This document shows positions 19,864 to 29,725 of a stretch of 64,000 nucleotides of DNA, piece by piece. The notes beneath the pieces are model-generated. The model was given only the letters and a program-made list of their open reading frames with translations, had not been told where the DNA came from and did not search any database. Source of the DNA: Planctomycetota bacterium. Its GTDB lineage: Bacteria; Planctomycetota; UBA1135; UBA2386. The DNA lies in NCBI GenBank assembly GCA_947501605.1, contig CANMWZ010000008.1, positions 1-64,000 on the forward strand, written 5' to 3'. The number at the start of each line of letters is the position of its first letter. Within the stretch, counting starts at the first letter, position 1. The translations under genes were made by a program, and so were the position numbers.

Positions 19864-21555
19864 TCAGTAGCCACCGGTCTCGCGCAGCACTTCCTCGACC
19901 GTCGAGTGGCCGCTGAAGATGGCTTCGAGACCGCAGGTGCGCAGCGGCACCATGCCGCTCTCGATCGCTGCGTTGGTGAGCGCCGAAGTGCTCGCATTCG
20001 AGAGCATCAACTCACGGAGTCGATCATCCACCACGAGGATCTCGGTGATCGCCATGCGACCCTTGTAGCCGGTGAAGTTGCAGGTCTCGCAGCCCTTGCC
20101 TTGGGCGAACTTTTTGGCACCGATCAGTGACCGATCGACGCCGAGTCGGCGGAGGACCTCGTCAGAAGGCTCGTACTCCGACTTGCATCCCTTGCAGACG
20201 CGGCGAACCAACCGCTGCGCCAGGATCCCCTGCAACGTGGCCGTTAGCAGGAACGGTTCGATGCCGATGTCGGCGAGGCGCGTGATCGCCGATGGCGCAT
20301 CGTTGGTGTGAAGCGTCGAGAACACCAAGTGCCCGGTCAGACTCGCTTCGATCGCGGTTTGCGCGGTCTCACGGTCGCGAATCTCGCCGACCAGGATCAC
20401 GTCCGGGTCCTGACGCAGAATCGTACGCAGCACCTTGCTGTAGGTGACTTCGATCTCCTCGTTGACCGGGATCTGGATGATGCCCTCGAGGTCGTACTCG
20501 ACCGGATCCTCGACGGTGATGATCTTCACATCCTCACCGTTGGCCTCGTTGAGCATCCCGTACAGCGTGGTCGTCTTTCCCGAACCGGTCGGTCCGGTGA
20601 CCAGCACGATGCCGTGCGGCAGCTCGAGGAACTTCCGCAGCTGCGCCTTCGCGGTCGTCAGCAAGCCGAGGTTGTCGAGATCGAGGGCTACCACCGAACG
20701 GTCGAGCACGCGCATGACGGTCGATTCGCCAAACATCGTCGGCAAAGTCGACACACGCAGGTCGACCGAACGACCACCAACTGTCAATTCGATGCGGCCA
20801 TCCTGAGGTAGCCGCGTCTCGGCGATGTCGAGGTCGGCCATGACCTTGATGCGTGCAATCAGCGCTTCGGCTAGATGCGGGGGCGGCGCCTCGAGCTCGA
20901 ACAACGAACCGTCGACTCGATAACGAATCTTGAAGTCCCCTTCGAATGGCTCGAGGTGGATGTCCGATGCCTTGTCGCGGATGGCTTGGTAGAGGATGTA
21001 GTTGAGCAGCTTGACCACGGGTGCCGCCGCAGCCATGGCCGTCTTGTCTTCCAGGTCGATCTTGCCGCCCTGTTGCTGCAGTTCCTGCACCAACTGATGC
21101 ATGCGTTGCTTCGCCTGCCCGGCATCCTCTTGGTAGTACTTCTCGAGACCCGCCTGGATCAGGGACTCGTCGGCGATGACGCCCTTGACCTCACAGCCCG
21201 TCGTGAACGAGAGGTCGGCGAGCATCGACAGGTTGACTGGATCCGCGATTGCGATCGTCAGTGTCTTGCCGGTCAGTTGGACCGGCAGAGCTGCGAACGC
21301 ACGCGCAGTCGCGTGGTCAACTTTGGCGATTGCCTCTTGCTGCGGCGCGGTCTTCGCGAGATCCCAAAAGGTCAGACCGGCCTGCTCGGCGAGTGCGCGA
21401 GCGAGGTCCGATCTGCCGATGTGCCCCAACTCCATCAGGATCTCGCCGATGCGCCCGCCCTTGTCGCGTTGCTGCATCAGGGCTTCTTGCACCATGCCTT
21501 CGTGGATGGCCCCGTTGTCCTTGAGGATCTGCCCGAGCAGTCGCCGCGCCGCCAT
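19864..21555 (-). CDS. PilB/GspE-family assembly ATPase with MshEN-type N-terminus
   Basis: GPTGSGKTTT, TVEDPVE, LRQDPDVILVGEIRD, GHLVFSTLHTND, tetracysteine CKGC/CETC. Confidence 0.95.
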   Translation of the reverse strand: MAARRLLGQILKDNGAIHEGMVQEALMQQRDKGGRIGEILMELGHIGRSDLARALAEQAGLTFWDLAKTAPQQEAIAKVDHATARAFAALPVQLTGKTLTIAIADPVNLSMLADLSFTTGCEVKGVIADESLIQAGLEKYYQEDAGQAKQRMHQLVQELQQQGGKIDLEDKTAMAAAAPVVKLLNYILYQAIRDKASDIHLEPFEGDFKIRYRVDGSLFELEAPPPHLAEALIARIKVMADLDIAETRLPQDGRIELTVGGRSVDLRVSTLPTMFGESTVMRVLDRSVVALDLDNLGLLTTAKAQLRKFLELPHGIVLVTGPTGSGKTTTLYGMLNEANGEDVKIITVEDPVEYDLEGIIQIPVNEEIEVTYSKVLRTILRQDPDVILVGEIRDRETAQTAIEASLTGHLVFSTLHTNDAPSAITRLADIGIEPFLLTATLQGILAQRLVRRVCKGCKSEYEPSDEVLRRLGVDRSLIGAKKFAQGKGCETCNFTGYKGRMAITEILVVDDRLRELMLSNASTSALTNAAIESGMVPLRTCGLEAIFSGHSTVEEVLRETGGY

Positions 21556-21557
21556 GG

Positions 21558-22622
21558 CTAGTCAGCTCCGGGCGCGCCAAGACGCGTCGCCATGGTCTTG
21601 CGATCGAACGCGTGTTCCAGCGCGGTGTCTTTGGTGATGCGACCTTCGCGGTAGAGCTCCATCAGGTGGTCGTCCATCAGCACCATGCCTTGTCGACGAC
21701 TGGTCTGGATCACCGACGGGATCTTGAAGGTCTCGCTCTTACGGATGTGGTTCTCGATCGCTGGCGTGTTGAGCAGGACTTCAAAGGCTGCGACGCGGCC
21801 CCCGCTGGCACCAGGCAGCAGAATCTGTGAGATCACGGCGACCAGCGACAACGACAACTGCGAGCGGATTTGCTCTTGCTGTTCCTTTGGATACTGATCG
21901 ATGACGCGATCCACAGTGCGCGCCGCACCTGTGGTATGCAGCGTTCCGAACACCAAGTGACCGGTTTCGGCCGCCGTGATCGCGGCCGACGTCGTCTCCA
22001 GGTCGCGCATTTCCCCGAGCAGGATCACATCGGGATCCTGGCGCAAGACGCGACGCATTGCTTCGCCGAAGGTAGGCACGTCGCTGCCTACCTCCCGCTG
22101 GGTCATCTGCGACTTCTGATGGGTGTGGTAGTACTCGATCGGGTCCTCGATCGTGACGATGTGGACATCGCGATTGCGGTTGATCCAATCGACCATCGTT
22201 GCGAGTGTCGTGGTCTTGCCGGAGCCCGTTGGCCCTGTCACCAGGACTAGGCCGCGATGGAGATTGAGCAGTTCGCGACAGGTCTCGGGTAGACCGATTT
22301 GGTCGAAGGTCAGCAGCTTCTGCGGGATCTGGCGCATCACCAGCCCGCGCATTCCCTTCTGGGTCAGCACGCTGACGCGGAAGCGGCACTTGTCTTTGTG
22401 CGCGAAGCCGAAGTCCGTGGTGCCTGTCTTCTGCAGCTCTAGCCAATTCCGCTCTGGGCAGATGGACCGGGCGAGTGCCTCGGTGTCCGCAGTCTGAAGA
22501 CTGGCATCGCCGACTTCGACGAGGTGTCCGCCGATGCGGAACACCGGGCGCCGCCCCACTGACAAGTGCATGTCGGCAGCGCCCTTCTCGTGGGCGAGGT
22601 CCATCAGTGCGTGGATGTCCAT
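21558..22622 (-). CDS. pilT: Type IV pilus retraction ATPase
   Basis: GPTGSGKTTT, TIEDPIE, QREVG, LRQDPDVILLGEMRD, AAETGHLVFGTLHT, AIENHIRK (AIRNLIRE-like); lacks the PilB N-domain. Confidence 0.93.
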   Translation of the reverse strand: MDIHALMDLAHEKGAADMHLSVGRRPVFRIGGHLVEVGDASLQTADTEALARSICPERNWLELQKTGTTDFGFAHKDKCRFRVSVLTQKGMRGLVMRQIPQKLLTFDQIGLPETCRELLNLHRGLVLVTGPTGSGKTTTLATMVDWINRNRDVHIVTIEDPIEYYHTHQKSQMTQREVGSDVPTFGEAMRRVLRQDPDVILLGEMRDLETTSAAITAAETGHLVFGTLHTTGAARTVDRVIDQYPKEQQEQIRSQLSLSLVAVISQILLPGASGGRVAAFEVLLNTPAIENHIRKSETFKIPSVIQTSRRQGMVLMDDHLMELYREGRITKDTALEHAFDRKTMATRLGAPGAD

Positions 22623-22653
22623 TCTTGGTTACGTCGGAGCCTTCGCGGAGGCG

Positions 22654-24303
22654 TCACATCGCAGCGGTGACGCGCAGCAGTTCTTGGATACTGGTCTTGC
22701 CTGACAGGACCTTCCGGGCCCCATCTTGCATCAGGGTGCTCATGCCACCGGAGCTCAGCGCCTGCTCGCGCAGCCGGACTGTCGGTTCACCCCGGAAGAT
22801 GCGGTCGCGAAGCGCCTCATCCAACTGCATCATCTCATAGATGCCGATTCGGCCGCGGTAGCCACTGTGCTCGCACGCAGCACAGCCAACGGCTCGCATC
22901 GGCCGCGCGCTGCCAGTCACATGGCTGCGGTCGAGACCGATGCTGCGCAACTCGATGTCGTCGAGCTCCACCGGCAAGGCGCACTTCGGGCACAGCACGC
23001 GAACGAGGCGTTGGGCCAGAACCGCCTGCACCGCGGCTGCGACCAGAAACGGCTTGACCCCCATGTCGCACAGTCGGGTGATCGCTGACGGGGAGTCGTT
23101 GGTGTGCAGCGTCGAGAACACGAGGTGGCCCGTGAGCGCCGCTTGCACGGCGATCTCGGCAGTTTCGCGGTCGCGAATCTCGCCGACCAGGATGACATTC
23201 GGCGCTTGGCGCAGCATCGCACGGAGGATGCGCGCAAACGACAAGCCGATGCGCGATCGAACTTGGCATTGGTTGATCCCGCGGATGTTGAACTCCACCG
23301 GATCCTCGGCCGTGATGATCTTCACGTCAGGCCGATTGAGCTGCTGCAACGCGGCGTAGAGCGTTGTGGTCTTGCCCGAGCCCGTGGGGCCGGTGACCAG
23401 CACGATGCCGTTGGGCCGGGCAATGCAACGTTCGAAGCGTTCGCGGTCAGGTCCGCCGAAGCCGAGCGCGTCGAGACTGAGAAGACCCTTCTCCTTGTCG
23501 AGGAGACGCATCACGATCGTCTCGCCGTGGTTGCCAGGTAGCACTGACGTGCGCACATCGACCGCTCGCCCCATCGATTGGATGGCGATGCGGCCGTCCT
23601 GCGGCTTGCGCTTCTCGGCGATGTCGAGTCCAGCCATGATCTTGAGCCGCGAGGTCAATGGCGCAAGCAAGCCGGCGTCGAGAGAGGCGATCTCTTTGAG
23701 CACGCCGTCGATTCGATAGCGAATGCGCAGCCGCTGCTTAAAGGGCTCGACGTGCACGTCGCTCGCACGCTGCTCGAGCGCGTCGTCGAGCGTCTTCTGT
23801 ACCAGGCGGATGATCGGGGCGTCTTCCGATTCCTGCACACTCGTAGCGGCCTTCTGCCCACTCGTGGCACTGCTTCCACCCCCGAGCTTCCGGATGTGGT
23901 CCTTTAGTGCCGCCGGCGGCATGAGCGCACACTGCACCGTGCAGCCAGCGAGGAACGCTAGATTGTCGGCGACGAAAACTTTGAGAGGGTCATCGATGGC
24001 GAGCCACAGAACCCCGTCTTTGTAGAGGACCGGCAGTGCCTCGTTGGCGACGACCTGTTCGAGCGGCACGCGCTTCAGCGCTTCTGCCTGCGGCACGAAC
24101 TTGGCCGGATCGACGAACTTGAGCCCGTGGGCTTTGGCGACGCAGCGCCAGACCGCGCTCTCGTCGGCTAGCCCAAGAGCGACCAACGTGCGTTCCAGGG
24201 ACTGGCCGCGCGACTGGGCGGTGCCTTCGGCCCGCGACAGCTTCTCGGCATCGATAACGCCGGCGTCCAACAGGGCCCGGCGGAGATTCGCGGTTGCGCT
24301 CAA
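22654..24303 (-). CDS. Second PilB/GspE-family assembly ATPase
   Basis: RASDVHVEP, PQDGR, GPTGSGKTTT, TAEDPVE, GEIRD, STLHTND, CPKC/CAAC; TTG start. Confidence 0.95.
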   Translation of the reverse strand: MSATANLRRALLDAGVIDAEKLSRAEGTAQSRGQSLERTLVALGLADESAVWRCVAKAHGLKFVDPAKFVPQAEALKRVPLEQVVANEALPVLYKDGVLWLAIDDPLKVFVADNLAFLAGCTVQCALMPPAALKDHIRKLGGGSSATSGQKAATSVQESEDAPIIRLVQKTLDDALEQRASDVHVEPFKQRLRIRYRIDGVLKEIASLDAGLLAPLTSRLKIMAGLDIAEKRKPQDGRIAIQSMGRAVDVRTSVLPGNHGETIVMRLLDKEKGLLSLDALGFGGPDRERFERCIARPNGIVLVTGPTGSGKTTTLYAALQQLNRPDVKIITAEDPVEFNIRGINQCQVRSRIGLSFARILRAMLRQAPNVILVGEIRDRETAEIAVQAALTGHLVFSTLHTNDSPSAITRLCDMGVKPFLVAAAVQAVLAQRLVRVLCPKCALPVELDDIELRSIGLDRSHVTGSARPMRAVGCAACEHSGYRGRIGIYEMMQLDEALRDRIFRGEPTVRLREQALSSGGMSTLMQDGARKVLSGKTSIQELLRVTAAM

Positions 24304-24310
24304 CGCTACG

Positions 24311-24319
24311 AAGGTAGCA
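24311..24319 (-). promoter_or_regulatory. Candidate extended -10 (TGCTACCTT), 7 nt before the TTG at 24303
   Basis: Minus-strand read TGC-TACCTT-CGTAGCG-TTG; no Shine-Dalgarno. Confidence 0.4.
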
Positions 24320-24418
24320 AGTTAGCGGCCCGCGTCGAGCGCTGAGACGCGCCGAGTTGTCTGGATGCACAACCCGCGCTGGAGCAGGTCGGTCGCCGAG
24401 GCTACCGCTCGCACGCGG

Positions 24419-25627
24419 TCAGCGGACGAAACCGTTGAACAGGATCTTGCGGCTCGGGACGGCCGGGTGATTCAGGTCCACCACCAAGTCGCCGCGGAGC
24501 AATCCAGTCGGTGCGTCGCTGGAGATCTCCAGCTCGACGATCAGCTTCTTGCCGTCCTTGCTCTTTGTTGCCGTCACGAACTTAGGGTCCATCGTGAGGT
24601 TTTCGAGTCGAATGGAGGTCGCATCGAGATCGGAGTCGTCGTTGGGCTCGAAGGTCACCTTCTCCACCCGCTTCTGGCCCTTGCGGATCATGCCGAGTGT
24701 CAGAAACGTGCCCGGCTTGACCTCGAGCGGGCCAAGAATCGCCGCGCTGATGCGCACGGTGATCACGGGTTGGCCAGGAACGTCGGTGTAGAACTTGAGT
24801 TGCCCACCGCCCAGTGCCTCGGCGCTGCTCGGTTGGTAGGTACCCCGAATCGTCCACGTCGCGACACCAGGCGAGGCCGACTCCTTCGTGTAGGTGACCG
24901 CGAAGTCCTTGTCGGAGTTGTCGCTGCCCGTGATGTTGAAGTCCGGCTGCAACGGCGATTGAACCGTCACCGTGAACTCGCGCTTCTCATTCCAGACCAT
25001 CTGGTTGAGGTTGACCTCATTTGGGGTCACCACGAAGACCTGCGCCCCGGTGGCTTCCCACTTCAGCTTGATCATCGGCAGTTGCGGGTCGGTCGTGTGG
25101 ATGTCCATGGTCGCTTGGCGCGGACCTGCGATTCCACCCATCTCCATCTGTACTTCGACCTCGCCAACGGCACCCGGCGGCACCTTGATGACCGCAACTG
25201 TCTCCTCCCGCTCATTGTCCCCTTCGGTGATCACATGGCGGATGCCAGGGTTTGGCTTCTTGCTGTAGCGGTAGCGCTCACCGCCGATCGTGATGGTGGC
25301 GCTGCTGCATTGGCAGCTACCCTGCAGGCCGCGCCATTCGACCTCGGTTGCGAGCGGGTTGGTGAACGGAAAGCGCCCGACCACAGTGTCTTGGCTGTAG
25401 TGCGTCCCGAAGTCCTGGTCGGTCGATGCAAACCACGAGTTGCCACCGGTCCCGCGACCCTCGACCCTGCGTTCCTGCCCTGGCTGGATCTGCGGCGCGG
25501 ACTCCTTCTTGACCGCTGGCTGCGCACCCTCGACGGCTTTCGGAGCATCCTGGCCCAGCAGTCTTGGTTGGAGACCGACAACGAGACCCGCGACAACGAT
25601 TACCAGCAGCTTCGAGTTCATGGACAT
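24419..25627 (-). CDS. Secreted DUF1573-domain (Ig-like) protein
   Basis: Signal peptide; DFG...FPFTN...GSCQCS pattern typical of DUF1573, followed by further beta-rich domains. Confidence 0.75.
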   Translation of the reverse strand: MSMNSKLLVIVVAGLVVGLQPRLLGQDAPKAVEGAQPAVKKESAPQIQPGQERRVEGRGTGGNSWFASTDQDFGTHYSQDTVVGRFPFTNPLATEVEWRGLQGSCQCSSATITIGGERYRYSKKPNPGIRHVITEGDNEREETVAVIKVPPGAVGEVEVQMEMGGIAGPRQATMDIHTTDPQLPMIKLKWEATGAQVFVVTPNEVNLNQMVWNEKREFTVTVQSPLQPDFNITGSDNSDKDFAVTYTKESASPGVATWTIRGTYQPSSAEALGGGQLKFYTDVPGQPVITVRISAAILGPLEVKPGTFLTLGMIRKGQKRVEKVTFEPNDDSDLDATSIRLENLTMDPKFVTATKSKDGKKLIVELEISSDAPTGLLRGDLVVDLNHPAVPSRKILFNGFVR

Positions 25628-25766
25628 GCCTAAGGAGAGAGATGCTTGCACCCACCGCAACGCGGTGCCCAGTCGGCGCCATCGCAGGATGCGCGGTGCT
25701 GGACTGCACTCTTCGTGCAGGCAGCGGGGGCGAGTATAGCTGTGAGCGACAGAAAAACTCCCAAGC

Positions 25767-26432
25767 ATGCCCAACTGTCGAGCGGTCCCCATCGTCCTGT
25801 TCCTCTGTTCCCTGCCGCTAGGTGGCTGCTGCAGCATGGCCCGGCTCTTCTGCGGCCCCGATCGCACGTCCTGGGTGCCGATCGCCTACGACTCGCCAAG
25901 TGCCACCCTAGCGACCTTTCTCGAGGCTGTACGACGCGATGACCCGGCCAAGATCTACCAGTGCCTCGCCGCGAGCTTCGTGAAGCAGCACGGGCTTGAT
26001 GGGCTCGTCGTCAATGCGGCATGGGAACGCCTGCGCAACGAGGTCACGGGCCTCCACCTGCTCGGCTACGCGGAGGTGCCTAAGGCGCCACTTCGGGCGG
26101 ACGACGGCGGCGTGACCTACGAAGTAACCGTCGAGGGAGTCATCCTGCGGCTGGATCTCGTGCGGCAGAGTTTCTGGGAACTGCACTACCGCGGGCGCGA
26201 CGGCAAAGCGCGCGAGTCCTCGACCGCCCTCGACTTCGACACGCTGAATGGGCTACTTCGCATCGAGGCAGCAGAACCGGATCCCGTGGACGACTTGCCG
26301 CAGACGAAGATCGCCCTGGAGCCGCGTGTGGTACTGCACCCCGGATCGCCTTCCCTGCGACTCGCGGACATCGACCGGCTTGCCGTTGGCCGCGAATGGA
26401 AGATCGCCGAGATCCGGACGGTCGCCAACTAG
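25767..26432 (+). CDS. Hypothetical probable lipoprotein
   Basis: Hydrophobic N-terminus with lipobox-like LGGC; SPSATLATFLEAVRRDD suggests an NTF2-like start (inference). Confidence 0.65.
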   Translation: MPNCRAVPIVLFLCSLPLGGCCSMARLFCGPDRTSWVPIAYDSPSATLATFLEAVRRDDPAKIYQCLAASFVKQHGLDGLVVNAAWERLRNEVTGLHLLGYAEVPKAPLRADDGGVTYEVTVEGVILRLDLVRQSFWELHYRGRDGKARESSTALDFDTLNGLLRIEAAEPDPVDDLPQTKIALEPRVVLHPGSPSLRLADIDRLAVGREWKIAEIRTVAN

Positions 26433-26506
26433 CGCGGACTCCGCGGCTCAGGCAACAGGCGCGCCCGCGCCCGTTGCCTTCGATCCAAAGGGCTCCGCCG
26501 GGTCCG

Positions 26507-28792
26507 TCAGAGGCTGCAGAGGCGGAAACGCATGCCGTTGCTGGCCGACAACTGGCCGCCCGGACCACCCGTATCGAACACGCCGATCTGCGTGTAGAGG
26601 TAGAGGTTGTCCAGGAACGGGTCGTTGGGCACCGACAGCGGCCACGATGCCGTGCCGACGCCAGCGGCACCTGGCGTACCCGTGGTGAGCGACCACAGAT
26701 AGAAGGTCCCGTTGTTGGGGTCGACCAGCACCTGCACCCCGAGCGCCGGGGCGCTGATGGGCACAAAGCCAACCGCGAGGACCGCGAAGGCGGTGCCAAG
26801 CAGATTGCTGCCGTCGACGCTTGGCGTTAGGCCCAGCATCGGTTTCCCGGTCAACACCTGCGTCGGAATGATGCCTCCCGTGCCGGCCGTACCCAAACCG
26901 TAGAAGGTCGGAGGCACGAAGTCCGTCTCGGTGAACACCTCGATGTCGTCGATCTGCCAGCCACCGGCGAAGGCCGTTGCGTTGCTGATCAACTCGAAGC
27001 GCAGTTGCACTGTGCTGGCCGCGTTGGTGATTGCCGAGATGTCGATGTCCACAAGCTGCCAACTCGTGTCCGCCGTCAGTGAGGGCACGGTCGTGACCAG
27101 CGTGCCATTGACCAGGACGCGACCGGTGTCGCCAGCATTGAAACTGCCCCATCGACGGTAGCGGAGCCGAAGCCCCTGAACGCTGCTCGTCGGCACCACT
27201 GGCGATTGCAGCCAGTTGCTGACGTTGTTCTGGTAGCTGCCGTTGAATCCAGGGCCGCCCAGGTCGTTGCCCCAACAAGCAGTGCCGGAGTAGGCACCCG
27301 CCGGATCGCGCCACGCAAAGCCGGCTGACGACCCCGAGATCCCCGCCGCACCAGCGCGCTGCCAGTCATCCTGCGTCGCGACAAACCCGTGAGTCCAGCC
27401 GAGGTCGGTCTCACAATCGTCGAAGAAGACGCGGACGCGCGTCCCGACGAAAAACTGGTGCTCCCCCTGCTGCGGGCTGCGCCGCGACACGATGCTGTCC
27501 GCCGCTTCCAGGTGGTAGCGGACCGTCGAAATCGCGTTTTGACCCGGGATGCTCGCCACCCAAGAGTTCGGGATCCCGCCCGGCGCCATCGGGACGGTGA
27601 CCGGAGTGCCACCGTTCACCGAGTAGACCACGTTGAGCGACGCCAGAGTGTTGCTGGTCGCAACGTTGGCGAGCACCGTGTAGGGCCCATCTTCATTGCC
27701 GGTGTCGACGAGCGGCGCATGCGTGATCGACAGGTCACTGATCTGCGGCTTGACGATGTAGAGGCCCGTGCTGATGTCGCTCATCAGGATGTTGCCCGAG
27801 GGCAAGAACGGGTAGCAGCCCCACGCACCGTTGAAGCCCCCCGACGCGCCTGGCCATGTGTCGTACGAGGCGACCTCGAATGGGCTGTTGGGGTTGCTGA
27901 TATCGATGCAGCGGTAACCCTCGGTGTACCACGAGCAGTGGCACAGGTTGCCAATGATGTATGCGTTGTGCGGGATCGAACCGAAGTTGGTCGAGTACTG
28001 GCCGAGACCAACCGGCGCCGACTTGTTGGTGATGTCCCAGAACTTGACGACAGCACCGTTCACCTCGTCGGTCGTCGCCGCAATCGTGCCGGCAGCGTTC
28101 GGCCAGCAGTTGTGCGTGAACACACCCGGCGTGGACACGTTGCTGAGGATCGGTGCCGGCAGCGCGGCGGTCGTCATGATCCGCAACGTGCCGTTGTAGA
28201 TCATCGAGCCGTAGATGAAGCCGTTCTGAACCTTGATGTCGTGGAAGTAGGTCGAGTTCGGGTTGGTCGAGTTGCGCGGTAGCAAGTTGCCGACGAAGGG
28301 CGGGTTCGTCGGATTGGCCGCAGCGTTGAACACCGGCACGCCCGGACTCGAACCCGACTGCGTGCCGTTGCAGTAGATCAATCCCGTCGACTGGTCGATG
28401 CTGATGGTGTGCGTGTTGCCGAATGTCGTCGCGCCAACCGTGCCGATCAACACCGGGACATCGGCGTTCGTCAGGTCGATGACCTGGAAGCCACCGGCCG
28501 CCTCGGTGCAGACGTAGGCGTAGGTGCCGTAGGTCTCGCAATCGCGCCACTGCGAGGTCGGTCCAACGATGAACGCGCGCTCGATGGGCGTTGCCGGGTT
28601 GGTCACATCGATGATGGCGGTGCCGGTGTTGGCCATCAGGATCGCGTACTCCTTGCCATTGGGCGCGGCGTAGCCCCAGATGTCGTTGTAGGGCGCGTGC
28701 AAGTTCATCGTCCCCAGCAGCTGGCAGTTGACGCCCTGGGCGAGGAGTGGCGAAGCTACCGCCAGGAGAAAGAGGATTGAGCGTGTCAACAT
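26507..28792 (-). CDS. Secreted choice-of-anchor B / LVIVD-repeat protein with jelly-roll domain and shared C-terminal domain
   Basis: Signal peptide; NDIWGY...EYA, WRD, HTISID, FHDI, THNCW, PHN, YTEG, GAWGCYPFLPSG...SDISTGLYI; then FFDDCE...W, GWQIDDI. Confidence 0.88.
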   Translation of the reverse strand: MLTRSILFLLAVASPLLAQGVNCQLLGTMNLHAPYNDIWGYAAPNGKEYAILMANTGTAIIDVTNPATPIERAFIVGPTSQWRDCETYGTYAYVCTEAAGGFQVIDLTNADVPVLIGTVGATTFGNTHTISIDQSTGLIYCNGTQSGSSPGVPVFNAAANPTNPPFVGNLLPRNSTNPNSTYFHDIKVQNGFIYGSMIYNGTLRIMTTAALPAPILSNVSTPGVFTHNCWPNAAGTIAATTDEVNGAVVKFWDITNKSAPVGLGQYSTNFGSIPHNAYIIGNLCHCSWYTEGYRCIDISNPNSPFEVASYDTWPGASGGFNGAWGCYPFLPSGNILMSDISTGLYIVKPQISDLSITHAPLVDTGNEDGPYTVLANVATSNTLASLNVVYSVNGGTPVTVPMAPGGIPNSWVASIPGQNAISTVRYHLEAADSIVSRRSPQQGEHQFFVGTRVRVFFDDCETDLGWTHGFVATQDDWQRAGAAGISGSSAGFAWRDPAGAYSGTACWGNDLGGPGFNGSYQNNVSNWLQSPVVPTSSVQGLRLRYRRWGSFNAGDTGRVLVNGTLVTTVPSLTADTSWQLVDIDISAITNAASTVQLRFELISNATAFAGGWQIDDIEVFTETDFVPPTFYGLGTAGTGGIIPTQVLTGKPMLGLTPSVDGSNLLGTAFAVLAVGFVPISAPALGVQVLVDPNNGTFYLWSLTTGTPGAAGVGTASWPLSVPNDPFLDNLYLYTQIGVFDTGGPGGQLSASNGMRFRLCSL

Positions 28793-28934
28793 GGGAGCGC
28801 TTTGCCGGGCAGGCGAAACGAGATGGGCCCCAAGAGCATATGGCGCCCCCACCAACTGACAAGCCACCAGGACATGCTCGCGTGCGCCGCGGGCTCCGGC
28901 CGTTGGCAAGCCGCAGGAATGCGGCCCCTGGCGC

Positions 28935-29660
28935 TTAGAGTTCACCCAGGCGGTAGCCGAGCAGGTGGGCGCGCGGCAGGCGAACCGCGCACGCGCCAAC
29001 GAAGCCGTCTGACGGCGAGATATCGAGCATCGACCAATCCTCGAGAACCTGGCCATCGCGCAGCGCCAGCAGTCGGGCGCGCTCCCCGAGGTCGACATCA
29101 AACACGTCGAGGGCGGCGAGCCCGAGTCCAAGAGCCTTGACGTAGGCCTCCTTGCGCGTCCAGCAGCGGTAGAAGGCCAGCAGCCGATCGGCCTCCGGCA
29201 CTTCCTTCAAGGCCGCGTATTCGGCCGCCGAGAACTGCCGCTTGGCAATATCCAGCAGGCGCTCCAGGTGCCGCAGTTTCTCGCAGTCGATGCCGATTGG
29301 CGCCGAGGCCACCGCGACCATCGCCATCTGCGCCGAGTGCGAAAGATTGAACTGCGGACCATCGTCTAGCAGTGAGGGCTTGCCACGTGGGCCGAAAGCA
29401 AACTGCAGCGACGACGGATCGACCCCGAGGTAGCACGACAGGATCACGCGCAACGCACCGTGAGTGATCGCGTAGCGGCGACGGTGATCAAGGATCAAGT
29501 AGCGCTCGGCGCGTTCGCGCTCGTCCTGCGACAACCACTCCGCGTAGCGCTCGGCGTCACCGAACAGCGGCACCGCGAAGACATGGACTTCATTCTGCAG
29601 AAGCGCCATATGGCCCGGCGTGAACTCGCGGAAAGTCTGGTGCAGCGGGACTTCGTCCAT
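28935..29660 (-). CDS. Sfp-type 4'-phosphopantetheinyl transferase
   Basis: GKP, FNLSHS, IGIDCE, FYRCWTRKEAYVKALGLG. Start position approximate. Confidence 0.93.
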   Translation of the reverse strand: MDEVPLHQTFREFTPGHMALLQNEVHVFAVPLFGDAERYAEWLSQDERERAERYLILDHRRRYAITHGALRVILSCYLGVDPSSLQFAFGPRGKPSLLDDGPQFNLSHSAQMAMVAVASAPIGIDCEKLRHLERLLDIAKRQFSAAEYAALKEVPEADRLLAFYRCWTRKEAYVKALGLGLAALDVFDVDLGERARLLALRDGQVLEDWSMLDISPSDGFVGACAVRLPRAHLLGYRLGEL

Positions 29661-29725
29661 AAGCGTACGATCGAGGGCAACTGTCCTAACCGCTCGCGGC
29701 AGTTGCCGCGAGGGGCTCGGCCGAA

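Noticed and set aside
24316..24331. Minus-strand GG-N10-GC with TTGCT upstream of the second pilB as a sigma54 promoter
   Set aside because: The -24 element (GGGCCG) is poor, and the same bases fit an extended -10 better.
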